A stretch of DNA of 64,000 nt from Phycisphaerae bacterium (GTDB lineage: Bacteria; Planctomycetota; Phycisphaerae; UBA1845; PWPN01): the NCBI GenBank assembly GCA_012719955.1, contig JAAXZI010000049.1, positions 12,309-76,308 on the forward strand, read 5' to 3'. Under the pieces are notes generated by a model. That model was not told where the DNA came from. It did not search any database and worked only from the letters and a program-made list of their open reading frames with translations. Positions 1 to 9,464 of this stretch are shown one piece after another. Both the position numbers and the translations under genes were made by a program. Positions within the stretch are counted from its first letter, which is position 1. Each line of letters begins with the position of its first letter.

Positions 1-2
1 CT

Positions 3-1160
3 TCCCTCCTGCTGCCGGCCCGGGTTCCGGTGGATACGATTAATGAACATCTCAAAACACTACTGGGAGATTCGCCACGACGCGCATGGGTCACCGTCGA
101 AACGCCGACGATAGACGCTTACAGCGCCGAGATGCGTTTCGCCGACCTGGCCCGCCGGCTGGTTGAGGCCGCCTGGCAGCAGCCGGGAGGCGTGTTTCTG
201 AGTGCGCCGTGGAAGCTGCGCCGTGAGGCGAACGCCGTTCGCACCGACATGAGCGAGGATTACCTGGTCTTCCGCACGGTGGCCGACCTGCTTGGCGAGG
301 CCAGGCCCATCTCCCGCTTCAACCTGGACGGCCACGCCCGCTGTCTGCTTTTTGACCGCAACGGCAAGTGCGTCATGCTGGCCTGGGATCCTGAGGCGCC
401 GCCCGAAGGCCGGGAGTATATCCTGCCGCTGGGCGAGGAAGTGAGGCATCTGGATCTCATGGGGCGTCCCATCCGCGTGGGCCGGGCCGGGCAGCAGCGC
501 GTGCTTCGCCTGACCGCCAGCCCAACCTTCATCATCAATGCTCCCACCTGGCCCATCGAGTTCCGGCGGCACTTCGCGCTTGAGCCAGGCATCGTCGAGG
601 CACACATCGAGCCGCGAGAGCACCAGGTGGTCTTTCGCAACACGTGGCCTCATACCATCACCGGCATGCTGCGCCTCACCGGACCTCACGGCTGGGAGAT
701 TCGCCCCTCCCGCATACCCTTCGCTCTCCAGCCGGGCGAGGAGTTCCGGCAGACCGTCTCGTTTCGATTGCCGATCCATTCGCCCGCGGACCTCACCCCG
801 TTGCTCGGCGAATTCGAGCTGGATGCCGACCGTCGTTACAAGTTTACGGTACCCGCGTGGTTCGAGGTCGGCCTGGAAGGCATGAAACTGGATACCTTCG
901 CCCACCGTGCCGATGGCCGCCTGCTCATCCGCCTGATGGCAACCAACCGAACGCGAAAGCCCATGCGTTTCGAGGCCCACCTGCTGGCCCCCGGCCGGGG
1001 TCGGGCGGGCGGACTTTTCACCACCTTCCTGCCTAACCAGCCGGTGACCAAGATTTTCGCCCTGGAACGGCCGGAGGAACTTTCCGGACAGCCTATCCGG
1101 CTGACCCTCAAAGATCTGGAAGGCTCGCGCTTCTGGAACTGCGTCCTCACCGTCCCATGA
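3..1160 (+). CDS. hypothetical protein, C-terminal part (frame is open to the left window edge)
   Basis: The long ORF has no in-frame stop between nt 3 and the annotated GTG at 30, so the gene probably starts upstream of the window. I recognise no motif. Confidence 0.45.
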   Translation, partial: SLLLPARVPVDTINEHLKTLLGDSPRRAWVTVETPTIDAYSAEMRFADLARRLVEAAWQQPGGVFLSAPWKLRREANAVRTDMSEDYLVFRTVADLLGEARPISRFNLDGHARCLLFDRNGKCVMLAWDPEAPPEGREYILPLGEEVRHLDLMGRPIRVGRAGQQRVLRLTASPTFIINAPTWPIEFRRHFALEPGIVEAHIEPREHQVVFRNTWPHTITGMLRLTGPHGWEIRPSRIPFALQPGEEFRQTVSFRLPIHSPADLTPLLGEFELDADRRYKFTVPAWFEVGLEGMKLDTFAHRADGRLLIRLMATNRTRKPMRFEAHLLAPGRGRAGGLFTTFLPNQPVTKIFALERPEELSGQPIRLTLKDLEGSRFWNCVLTVP

Positions 1161-1374
1161 GCATCGCGGGCTGGCCCGGGCGCTTGCCCATCTTCACAGA
1201 TATCCGCCCTGCCCCCCTTATTCTGGCAATCCAGGCAAAGTTCTTTTTGGAACAGACGCGTTTGTATTCTATCTTCGATACGGGCGATTTGGCCGGCATG
1301 TCGTGCGGCGTATGAGCGCGCAGGGCTGCGGCAACGGAACGCCCCGGGGGACACGCATCAAAGGAGGGTGTCAC

Positions 1375-2091
1375 GTGCATACAGATTCAAGGAGATTCTC
1401 GTCACTGTCGTCACAGGCTTTGATGCTGGTTTCCCTGGGGGTAGCCGTCGTGGTGTCATTCAGCGCCCCGGCCGCCGGCCAGACAGTGGAAGACGGCACA
1501 GGCCTCACGGATCCGGTGATCCGCGTCGAGGAGGACTGGCTGCTGGTGCTCAATGAGCCCAGCGACGAAGTGGAAGCGCCGCAGTTCTATACGACCATGT
1601 CGCCCGGTGGAAACCTGGATTGGTACTACGCCGTGGTCATCTGGAACTACCGGGAATTTCCCGAGTATGCGCCCGGAGGGCTGCAGCTTCAGAGCTGGCT
1701 GGGCGACATTAGACTCAACCGGCGCAGCGTAGGCGACCGGTTGTTGAGTACCACCGCGGAAGCCATCACCTGGACGCAGGTGCTGGAGACCGACGGCATT
1801 CAGCTCACGTTCGAGATCACCAACGGCCAATCCACCACCTGGGGAGAGTTTGGCCGGGACATGAAGATTTACGAGTATGCCTTCCTGCCCAACCTCAACA
1901 AATACAGCACCGATCAGTCGGTGGAAAATGCGTGCATCACGTATGGGGCCAACCGCGTGGACGCACTGGTGCTCGTGTCGGTTCGACGCTACGGCCCCCA
2001 CGGCCTGATCTCCGTAGACTCGACGCCGAGGATCATTTTTGAGGGCGTAGATCCCCTGATCGACGGCGATGACCCCGAACCGCTGGAGTGA
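1375..2091 (+). CDS. secreted hypothetical protein
   Basis: An in-frame GTG at 1375 lies 6 nt after aaggaggg (1361-1368). The N-terminus has a signal-peptide-like stretch, LMLVSLGVAVVVSFSAPAAGQ. The stop overlaps the next ORF. Confidence 0.55.
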   Translation: MHTDSRRFSSLSSQALMLVSLGVAVVVSFSAPAAGQTVEDGTGLTDPVIRVEEDWLLVLNEPSDEVEAPQFYTTMSPGGNLDWYYAVVIWNYREFPEYAPGGLQLQSWLGDIRLNRRSVGDRLLSTTAEAITWTQVLETDGIQLTFEITNGQSTTWGEFGRDMKIYEYAFLPNLNKYSTDQSVENACITYGANRVDALVLVSVRRYGPHGLISVDSTPRIIFEGVDPLIDGDDPEPLE

Positions 2092-2165
2092 TCCGGCAGT
2101 CAAGTATGCGCGTGGGTGCTTTTTCGGCGATATCGCACAGGGGACGGGCTTCAGGAGAGAGTGTC

Positions 2166-3365
2166 ATGCACAAGCTATTCGTGACGCGATTTTTATCCGG
2201 CAGGACCATGCGGCGCGGGGCCGCGGTCCCATTGGTGGCAGTTTCATCGGTGGTACTGATCGGGATGGCCGCCCTGGCGATCGACAGCGGCGTTCTGTAC
2301 CAGGCGCGCACGGAGATGCAGGCCACAGCCGACGCGGCCGCGCTGGCCGCGGCGAGTGAACTGGTGGCCAAGCGCACGCAAGGGCATGACCTGGCCGCCG
2401 CTATCACCGCCGCCCGCGAGCGGGCCGTCAATCTCGCCGGGCGGAATCAAATCATGGGCCGGGCCCCGATCCTGGAACCCAACCTGGCCAACACGCCCGA
2501 CGGTGACGTGGTGGTGGGATATCTCAGCAATCCTGACGATCTGCGCCAACCGCTGTCGTTTGCTGAAACCGACCACTACAACACGATTCTGGTCCGCGTC
2601 CGGCGCAATGAGATCCGCAACGGCCCTGTGGATCTCTTCTTCGCCAACATCTTCGGAATCGGGTCCGCCAACATGGAAGCCCAGGCGGCGGCCATCGCAG
2701 AACAAGGCGCGCTGGGCTTCAAGGCCCCGGACAGCAGCAAGGGCCAGTTGTCCCCCCTGCTGCCCTTGTCACTGCACATCGATGCCTGGCGGAATCTGCT
2801 GGCCGGATCGGTCACCAATGGCGACAACTATCGCTATGACCCGGACACGAAAAGGGTCACCAGCGGCAGCGACGGCGTCTATGAACTGAACATCTATCCC
2901 GGCTCGGGCACGGACAGCCAGAAGCTCACCCCGGGCAATTTCGGAACCGTGGACATCGGAAACCCGAACAACAGCACCGCGGACCTGTCCCGCCAGATCC
3001 GTTACGGCCCGAACGCCGCGGACTTCGCCTACTTCGGCGGCAAGCTCGAACTGGGGCCGGACGGCACCGTGCAGCTTAACGGCGACACCGGCATCAGCGC
3101 GGGCATCAAGGACGACCTTGAGGCGATCAAAGGCCAGCCGCGGATCATTCCTCTGTTCAACCGCGTAACCGGCAACGGCAACAACAGTATGTTCACCGTC
3201 GTGGGCTTCGCGGGCATCCGTATCGTGAACGTCAGACTGACCGGCTCCATGAAAACCAAGGAAGTCATGATTCAGCCGGCCTTTGTCTGCGACGAAACCG
3301 TGATCAGCGGCGGTACCCAGCAGGGCGAGAGTTTCATTTATGGGCCGGTCCGGCTGGTGAGATAA
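2166..3365 (+). CDS. TadG-like (Flp pilus assembly TadE/G-like N-terminal domain) protein
   Basis: The N-terminus RRGAAVPLVAVSSVVLIGMAALAIDSGVLYQARTEMQATADAAALAAA matches the Tad_N/TadG architecture. The ATG at 2166 was chosen over the upstream ORF start at 2088. Confidence 0.6.
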   Translation: MHKLFVTRFLSGRTMRRGAAVPLVAVSSVVLIGMAALAIDSGVLYQARTEMQATADAAALAAASELVAKRTQGHDLAAAITAARERAVNLAGRNQIMGRAPILEPNLANTPDGDVVVGYLSNPDDLRQPLSFAETDHYNTILVRVRRNEIRNGPVDLFFANIFGIGSANMEAQAAAIAEQGALGFKAPDSSKGQLSPLLPLSLHIDAWRNLLAGSVTNGDNYRYDPDTKRVTSGSDGVYELNIYPGSGTDSQKLTPGNFGTVDIGNPNNSTADLSRQIRYGPNAADFAYFGGKLELGPDGTVQLNGDTGISAGIKDDLEAIKGQPRIIPLFNRVTGNGNNSMFTVVGFAGIRIVNVRLTGSMKTKEVMIQPAFVCDETVISGGTQQGESFIYGPVRLVR

Positions 3366-3385
3366 CACCACAACGCAAGGTCTCG

Positions 3386-3450
3386 TGGTGGCCGGGCTAC
3401 GTATCGGCCGTTCTACGGGAAAAACGGCCGGTACGGAGCCCGGCCGCTAC
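3386..3450. repeat. family-A palindromic repeat, inverted dimer (REPIN-like)
   Basis: gtggtggccgggctacgtatcggccgttc (decayed, reverse orientation) faces acggccggtacggagcccggccgctac (3424-3450). Each unit is a hairpin: cggccgg, an 8-nt loop, ccggccg. Confidence 0.8.
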
Positions 3451-3505
3451 AGAAAATGGCCTACTTTGCGCTGTAGTCGATAGGCACCTTGGGAGGTTCC
3501 TTAAG

Positions 3506-3543
3506 ACAGAGCGGCCGGCTGTGTGGCCGGCCACTCTGTTTTG
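3506..3543 (+). terminator. intrinsic terminator after the TadG-like gene
   Basis: acagagcggccggc / tgtgt / ggccggccactctgt forms a 13-bp stem with one mismatch, followed by tttt. Confidence 0.6.
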
Positions 3544-3579
3544 GGGATCGTGGAGCGCGCCCAGGGTCTCAAAGCGGGG

Positions 3580-4602
3580 CTACTCGGCTTTCCGGAAGAG
3601 ATCCAGGAACCGATCCTCATACTGGCTGAAGACGCCCAGACGATCGAGTTCCTGCTTGAGCTCGAAGGCCTTGGAGCGATCGTGGCGGGCCCGCTCAAAG
3701 AACGCCTCAATACGCCGCTGGGTACGAGGATCGAGAGGGGGCGCAGACTCCGACTGCTCGGCTTGTCCGCTGGAATCGGGCTCGGTTTCCTCTTCCTCTT
3801 CCTGGCTCTCCGCCTCCTCGAGGTCCTGCTTCCACTCCTCCCCGGGCTCGCCGACGGCCTCCCCGGCCGCATGACTCATGCGCTCCAGAAGCTGTTTCAG
3901 GTTCTGCTCCACCAGCTTGGCCTGACGGTCCAGTTCGGTGAAGTCGATGTCGATGCCCGCGATCTCGGTGAAGACCGACAAGACGGCCTTGGCCGCTCTT
4001 GGATTGGGAACGCCGACCGCAAAGAAGGGCAACTCGCCCAGCAGACAGACGCCGCGCATGCCGCGTTCCGCCCCCGCGGCCAGCAGGACGCCGTTCAATC
4101 CGCTGATCTGGCCTTCCTTCATGACCTCAACGTTGGCCCGCCGGGCCATCCGGAGCGTGGGCACATCGGTGGCGACGGCAAACACCTTCGGGCGGGTGCC
4201 AAGTTGAAGCTGGGTGGCCATGGCCGCGAAGGTAAAGAAATTCCGCACGCCGCGGTGTACGGCATAGTCCACCAGTTGCTGGCACAGGTCATAACCGCGG
4301 ATGGCCGGCTGGGCCTCGCCGATAAACAGCAGCAGGTCGCGCTGTCCACGGGGATCGCGCCATTCGAAAAAGCGGCTCCGCGGCAGCCGGGCGGGAGCAG
4401 CCAGCCCATTGTTCACCTGCACGTCTTGAACCTCGAAAAAATCCTTGGCAGGCAGTTCCCACGCCTCCTGGGCCTCAAGCTGCTGGGCCAGGTAAGTACC
4501 GGCCAGCAGGGCCACGCTTCCCATCCCGGGCCAGACCGCTACCAACCAGGGATCCCGCAAATCATTGGTGTCCGCCATCGGTCGCACCTCCTCTCGCCGC
4601 AA
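3580..4602 (-). CDS. PAC2 (proteasome assembly chaperone 2-like) family protein with acidic C-terminal tail
   Basis: DPWLVAVWPGMGSVALLAGTYL ... ISGLNGVLLAAGAERGMRGVCLLGELP resembles the PAC2 family. The true start may be the MADTND methionine at 4578. Confidence 0.55.
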   Translation of the reverse strand: MRREEVRPMADTNDLRDPWLVAVWPGMGSVALLAGTYLAQQLEAQEAWELPAKDFFEVQDVQVNNGLAAPARLPRSRFFEWRDPRGQRDLLLFIGEAQPAIRGYDLCQQLVDYAVHRGVRNFFTFAAMATQLQLGTRPKVFAVATDVPTLRMARRANVEVMKEGQISGLNGVLLAAGAERGMRGVCLLGELPFFAVGVPNPRAAKAVLSVFTEIAGIDIDFTELDRQAKLVEQNLKQLLERMSHAAGEAVGEPGEEWKQDLEEAESQEEEEETEPDSSGQAEQSESAPPLDPRTQRRIEAFFERARHDRSKAFELKQELDRLGVFSQYEDRFLDLFRKAE

Positions 4603-4828
4603 GCCGCCAAGACGCCTCTAATCATAGACCTGCATTGGGCTCCGGACTGATTTTCGCAATTACTTTCCGGGTATGCCAGATTTATCGCCCAACCCCTGCT
4701 AACCTCTCCACAAGTCAACCAACAACAGGTATTTATCCGCCCCATCCGGTACCTGCCGGTACGGTGAGCGGTCCGATCCGGCCGGATCGCGTGGACGGGT
4801 CAGCCACCCGCCGCTATAGTGATGCCCC

Positions 4829-5749
4829 ATGGATGAAGTGTCGGAAAACAAGATGGAACCTGAGCTGAACGAGAATAACTGGACCCCGCCAGCGAATGAG
4901 GACCAGGCGGAACCGGCTTCGGACACCCCTGCACTGGCGGAAACAGATACCCCTGTTAATGCGGATCCCGGCGGAGATCAGGACAACACCGCGGAGCCGG
5001 TGGACAATCTCCAGGCCGATGATGCGACAGCGGTCGCGGAAGGCGCTGACGGTAACGATTCGACGGCCTCTGTCGCAGAAGAAGAATCGACGGCCCCCGC
5101 CGTTGAAGACGAGCCTGCGGCAGCGTCCGAAGAAGACGATGGCGAGGAGGCAGAGGCCGCCGACAAGACCGCAGAGTCCGACGAGGCCGGCACGGACGAA
5201 TCCGCCACATCGGACGGCCCCACCCCCGAGGTCACCACCGAACAGGTCGTTGAGGCCGTCCTGTTCGGCGCGGACACTCCGCTGACCGCCGCGAAAATTG
5301 TCTCCATCATCGGCACAGGCTCGGCCCGCGACGTGCGCAAGCACATCGAGACACTTAACAAGCGCTATGCCGAGACTGGCGCCTCGTTCCGTATCGAGAA
5401 GATTGCCGGTGGATACCAGATGCTCACCCTGCCGGCCTTCAATCCCTGGCTCAAGCGGCTCAAACAGACCCGCCAGGAATCCAAGCTCTCCCAGGCGGCC
5501 CTGGAGACGCTGGCTGTGGTGGCTTACAAACAGCCGGTGGTCCGTGCCGAGATCGAGGCCATCCGCGGGGTCTCCGCCGGAGAAATGCTTAACCGCTTGC
5601 GGGAGCTGGGGTTAATCAAGATCGTGGGCCGGGCCGAAGATGTGGGCCGCCCATTGCTCTACGGCACTACCAAGCGGTTTCTCGACGTCTTTGGCTTAGG
5701 CAGCCTGGATGATCTGCCCACGGTTGAAGAACTGAAGGCGCCGGAATAA
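4829..5749 (+). CDS. scpB: segregation and condensation protein B with long acidic N-terminal extension
   Basis: The C-terminal two thirds read VVEAVLF...PLTAAKI...LSQAALETLAVVAYKQPVVRAEIEAIRGV...GRPLLYGTTKRFLDVFGL, the ScpB winged-helix pattern. Confidence 0.85.
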   Translation: MDEVSENKMEPELNENNWTPPANEDQAEPASDTPALAETDTPVNADPGGDQDNTAEPVDNLQADDATAVAEGADGNDSTASVAEEESTAPAVEDEPAAASEEDDGEEAEAADKTAESDEAGTDESATSDGPTPEVTTEQVVEAVLFGADTPLTAAKIVSIIGTGSARDVRKHIETLNKRYAETGASFRIEKIAGGYQMLTLPAFNPWLKRLKQTRQESKLSQAALETLAVVAYKQPVVRAEIEAIRGVSAGEMLNRLRELGLIKIVGRAEDVGRPLLYGTTKRFLDVFGLGSLDDLPTVEELKAPE

Positions 5750-5768
5750 CGGCTGGCTCGCCAACGGC

Positions 5769-6026
5769 CTACGTGGCCCTGAACATCCGATGACTGGTGC
5801 CGCCGGGGCCCACGCGGATGTGGACCGGCCGGCCGCAACGTGGACAGTGCCCTTCGTAGGCGGTGCCGGCCTGGTTCCGATAAATACGGATATAGACGCC
5901 GCAGCACTCAAACTGCATGCCGATCCACGGCCGACCGGCGGGCTGTTCCCGCGAGTTGGAAACGTCGTCATCCGAGCCGTCAGCCAACCCGCTCACGTCC
6001 AGGATGTAGGCCTCGTCTTCAGACAT
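5769..6026 (-). CDS. small zinc-ribbon hypothetical protein
   Basis: An 85-aa ORF with CC...CPRC cysteine pairs. It starts at an ATG and lies in the same orientation as the two genes upstream of it. Confidence 0.45.
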   Translation of the reverse strand: MSEDEAYILDVSGLADGSDDDVSNSREQPAGRPWIGMQFECCGVYIRIYRNQAGTAYEGHCPRCGRPVHIRVGPGGTSHRMFRAT

Positions 6027-6132
6027 GCCAGTTGAATCGGCCAGGTAAGGCGCGTGACTGAAATCCGCTGAATTCGCCCCCTCGCGTACCCCACCCCCAT
6101 TCGGGCGATCACACCGGGAATTGAAACCGGGA

Positions 6133-6738
6133 CTATTTCACCACGTACCCGACCACGGCGTCGCGGTGTGCCTTCGCGCGGGACAGCATCGCGTCAAGCT
6201 TCTCGGCAAGCTGGCGGGCTTCATTCTGGTCAGGCAGATGCGGCAGATTCCCGCGCGCCGTGATGGCCGCGGAGGCCGCCGCCGCCTCAGCCAGAATGGC
6301 GGCCACCTGCGCGTCGCTGAAAAGCATCGCGTTCATGAACCCTTTGCATTCATCAAGCCGCGCGGTCACGGCCGCGGCTACCGCCACGATTTCCATGGGT
6401 ACGGCCACGGCCGTGGCCAATGCCCGGGCCCGCTCCTGTTCGTCAGGCGACTGGCGGGCGGCGGCGTAGCGCTCGTATGCGGCCATGTCTTCGCCCATCA
6501 GTTCGCCGAACATTTCTCCCGCCCGGCGCAGCTCCGCCAACATTTGCTGTAACTGCTCTTCGTGCTCGGCGTACTTCTTCTTGCCCACCGTGAACTGCAC
6601 GACCATGCGAGCCAGCGCTGCCGCTAAGGCCCCTACCGCCGCCGCCACGCTTCCCCCGCCCGGCACGGGCGTCTTCGCGGAGATGTCGTCCAGAAATCTG
6701 CCGAACGGAAGCAACCGGTAATCTTCAAACGTACTCAT
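6133..6738 (-). CDS. cyclodeaminase/cyclohydrolase family protein (FTCD C-terminal-like)
   Basis: FLDDISAKTPVPGGGSVAAAVGALAAALARMV is the hallmark N-terminal motif of this all-helical family. Confidence 0.8.
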   Translation of the reverse strand: MSTFEDYRLLPFGRFLDDISAKTPVPGGGSVAAAVGALAAALARMVVQFTVGKKKYAEHEEQLQQMLAELRRAGEMFGELMGEDMAAYERYAAARQSPDEQERARALATAVAVPMEIVAVAAAVTARLDECKGFMNAMLFSDAQVAAILAEAAAASAAITARGNLPHLPDQNEARQLAEKLDAMLSRAKAHRDAVVGYVVK

Positions 6739-6940
6739 GGCGTTGTCTCCCTGCCGGCGGGCGCGGTTTCGTCGCCCCCTCGATCCGTTCGGGTTTCATC
6801 CAATGACCACTCTCAAAATGAGTCCCATAAGTTGACCGTGAGTCAACCCGAAGAGGAGGACGTGCGTGCCATTTCGGCAGCCACGGGGGGAGCCCGGCAC
6901 TGCTCAAGAGCGGCGGCACACCCCCTTCCGGGGCAGAATC

Positions 6941-7390
6941 TCAGCTCTCCGCCCCGTCAGCGGCCGCTTCGTCGCGCTTCTTCAAGTAGCGCAGCCGCAG
7001 CAGGCTGGTCACCCGCTCCACCAGTTCGGCCCGGTTGACCGGCTTGGTCAGAAACTCCTCGGTCCCGCTGTCCACCGCCCGCTCGTGGTCGCCCATCTCG
7101 TCCAGGGCGGTCACCATAACCACAGGGATATCCCGGGTCCGCGGGTCGGTCTTAATTCGCCGGCAGACCTCAAACCCCGACATTTTCGGCATCATGATGT
7201 CCAGCAGGATCAGGTCGGGGGGATCCTCTGCCAGTCTGGCCAGGGCTTCAATTCCGTTCGCCGCCTCCATGGTGGTCACGTTGGGGATATCCTCCACATA
7301 AGCCACGAGGAGCTCCCGGTTCTGGACGTTATCGTCCACGATCAACACTTTCGACGGTGGCGGCACTTCATGTTCTTCGGACGTCAACAC
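6941..7390 (-). CDS. single-domain response regulator (receiver)
   Basis: KVLIVDD ... PDLILLDIMMPKMSGFEVCRRIK ... PVVMVTA matches a CheY-like receiver. Confidence 0.9.
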   Translation of the reverse strand: MLTSEEHEVPPPSKVLIVDDNVQNRELLVAYVEDIPNVTTMEAANGIEALARLAEDPPDLILLDIMMPKMSGFEVCRRIKTDPRTRDIPVVMVTALDEMGDHERAVDSGTEEFLTKPVNRAELVERVTSLLRLRYLKKRDEAAADGAES

Positions 7391-7667
7391 TACTCTCCGT
7401 CAATACCAGGGCCAGAATATCCGCTGGAACCAACTTACGAATGAAGGGAATTGTTACCAAGTCTGGTCGATATGTCCATATCGGGGGGGCGTTTCGCCGA
7501 CAAGGTGCACCGTAACTCCCGTATTTTGACGATCTTAACTCTGGGCGAATTATATAATATTGACAACTGCTTGTGAAGCCGCTTCAACCCTGAACCGATG
7601 TTACTGCTGAGAGGACGTACCCCCTTCAGCCCCCTTGGGCCGGCTGAAACGTGGAGAAGCCGTTTCG

Positions 7668-9230
7668 ATGCCAACGCCGATCATCGAGAAAATTAAGACG
7701 GCGGACAATCTGCCGTCTCTTCCGACCGTTGCGATTCAGGTCCTGCAAATGACCCAGGCCGACGACGTGTCTCTGGCCGACATCGCCCGCGTCATCCAGC
7801 AGGACCCGGCCCTCACGGTCAAAGTGCTCAAGGTCGTCAACTCCTCGCTGTTCGGTATGTCGCGCCGGATCTCCTCGGTTCAGCAGGCCATGGTGGTGCT
7901 GGGCTTGCGAACCGTCAAGGTCATGGTGCTGAGCTTCTCGCTGGTAGACACGCTGAAAGATCGCCGGAACAGCACTTTCGACTATACGGGGTATTGGCGG
8001 CGGTCGTTGACCACGGCCGTCGCCGCCAAGAGCCTGGCCGAGCGGGTGCGCCCGGAATATGCCGAGGAAGCTTTCGTCTGCGGCCTGCTGTGCGACATCG
8101 GTACGTTGGCCGCCTATCACTGTGCCCGTGATATGTATCTCCCCGTGCTTCAACGCTACGAGGCCGAGCATCAGCCCCTCCAGAACATCGAACGGATCAT
8201 GCTGGGGGTGACACACGAGGCGGTCAGCATGGAATTGCTGGACTACTGGGGCTTGCCCGAGTCGCTGTGCCTGCCGGTCAGCTCACACCATGCTCCCATT
8301 TCGGAGGCCTTGCCTCAGGATGAGCCGGTCGCGGATCTGTGCCGGATTCTGCGGGCGGCCGCCATGGTGGCGGATCTGTTCTGCACCGACACCCAGGCCC
8401 GGCACCTGGAAACCTGCAAGACACGGATCAGGGATGATCTTCCCATCCAGGAGCCCCTGCTGAACAAGGCCCTGGAAGACTTGGACAACCATGTGAAAGA
8501 GACGGCTTCGCTGTTTTCACTCGCGATCGGCCCCACGCGCAGCTACGAGGAAATCCAGGCCGAAGCGGTCGTGCAACTGGCCCGCCTGAGCATGGCCGCC
8601 GAACTGGAGCGAGCCCAGATCGCGCAGCGCGAGCAGGCCGCGCGCCAGAAGGTCGAACAGCTCAATTCGCGCAACCGGGAGCTGGCCGAACGCGTCGTCA
8701 CCGACAGTCTGACCAAGGTGGGCAATCGGGCGGCCTTTGAGGAACGCCTGGCCGAGGATTGTCGGGCCGCCCGCATGGCCGGCACCTCGCTGGGACTTAT
8801 CCTGCTGGACCTCGATCGCTTCAAGCGACTCAACGACACCTTCGGCCATCAGGTCGGCGACGAAGCCCTTCGCCAGGTCGGCAACTGCCTGAACAGACTC
8901 GCAAGCCCCACCCGATTTCCCGCCCGTTACGGCGGCGAAGAGTTCGCCCTGATTGTAAGCGACTGCGCGCCGGCCACATTCCGCAACCTTGCCGAGGATT
9001 TGAGGTTGAGCGTTCAGGCGCTGAGCATCCCCTTCGGTCTGAAGCGGATCTCGATCACTGTCAGCATCGGCGCGGTCCTGCTGGAACCTGACGACCCGAA
9101 CCTCAACCCCAAAGCCATCATCAAGCGGGCGGACGAATGCCTCTACGAGGCCAAGCACACCGGGCGAAACCGCGTCGTCTTCAGCAGCACCCGGCAAGCC
9201 GCCAGCCCTCGCCAGAGAGCCACGTACTGA
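7668..9230 (+). CDS. HDOD domain - coiled coil - GGDEF diguanylate cyclase
   Basis: The N-terminus LPSLPTVAIQVLQM...DPALTVKVLKVVNSSLFG matches HDOD. The C-terminus has RFKRLNDTFGHQVGDEAL and RYGGEEFALIV. The ATG at 7668 was chosen over the TTG at 7635. Confidence 0.9.
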   Translation: MPTPIIEKIKTADNLPSLPTVAIQVLQMTQADDVSLADIARVIQQDPALTVKVLKVVNSSLFGMSRRISSVQQAMVVLGLRTVKVMVLSFSLVDTLKDRRNSTFDYTGYWRRSLTTAVAAKSLAERVRPEYAEEAFVCGLLCDIGTLAAYHCARDMYLPVLQRYEAEHQPLQNIERIMLGVTHEAVSMELLDYWGLPESLCLPVSSHHAPISEALPQDEPVADLCRILRAAAMVADLFCTDTQARHLETCKTRIRDDLPIQEPLLNKALEDLDNHVKETASLFSLAIGPTRSYEEIQAEAVVQLARLSMAAELERAQIAQREQAARQKVEQLNSRNRELAERVVTDSLTKVGNRAAFEERLAEDCRAARMAGTSLGLILLDLDRFKRLNDTFGHQVGDEALRQVGNCLNRLASPTRFPARYGGEEFALIVSDCAPATFRNLAEDLRLSVQALSIPFGLKRISITVSIGAVLLEPDDPNLNPKAIIKRADECLYEAKHTGRNRVVFSSTRQAASPRQRATY

Positions 9231-9375
9231 TCCGGCCGCCGAATCTCACCACACGAACACCAAGCGCAAAAGAAACAAGTTGACCGTGCGCGCTGGTGAG
9301 ACAAGAAAAAGTACGATTCGTGTGCCACGGCCTTGAGCCGTACTGTGGGGCACCGGCTTCTCGCCGGCACCGGGG

Positions 9376-9394
9376 GGCAGGCATCTTGCCTGTC
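9376..9394. repeat. family-B-like hairpin (variant stem)
   Basis: ggcaggca tct tgcctgtc has the same architecture as the B consensus ggcgggca gga tgcccgcc. Confidence 0.55.
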
Positions 9395-9434
9395 TTCCCG
9401 AATCCGAACGGGGGGCGGGCGTTTTGTCCGCAAA

Positions 9435-9464
9435 ACGGCCGGTACGGAGCCCGATGCCGTCCGG
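9435..9464. repeat. family-A repeat, 3' arm decayed
   Basis: acggccggtacggagcccgatgccgtccgg. The first 20 nt are identical to the A consensus. Confidence 0.7.

Noticed and set aside
3523-4650. 375-aa plus-strand ORF, and similar shadows at 12528-13832, 21342-22667, 27291-28301, 29938-31167, 34860-35912 and 43322-44278
   Set aside because: Each lies opposite a gene with recognisable family motifs (PAC2, acetylesterase, gltD, LysR, TIGR03790-like, glycosidase, glnN). None has its own motif or a plausible start context.
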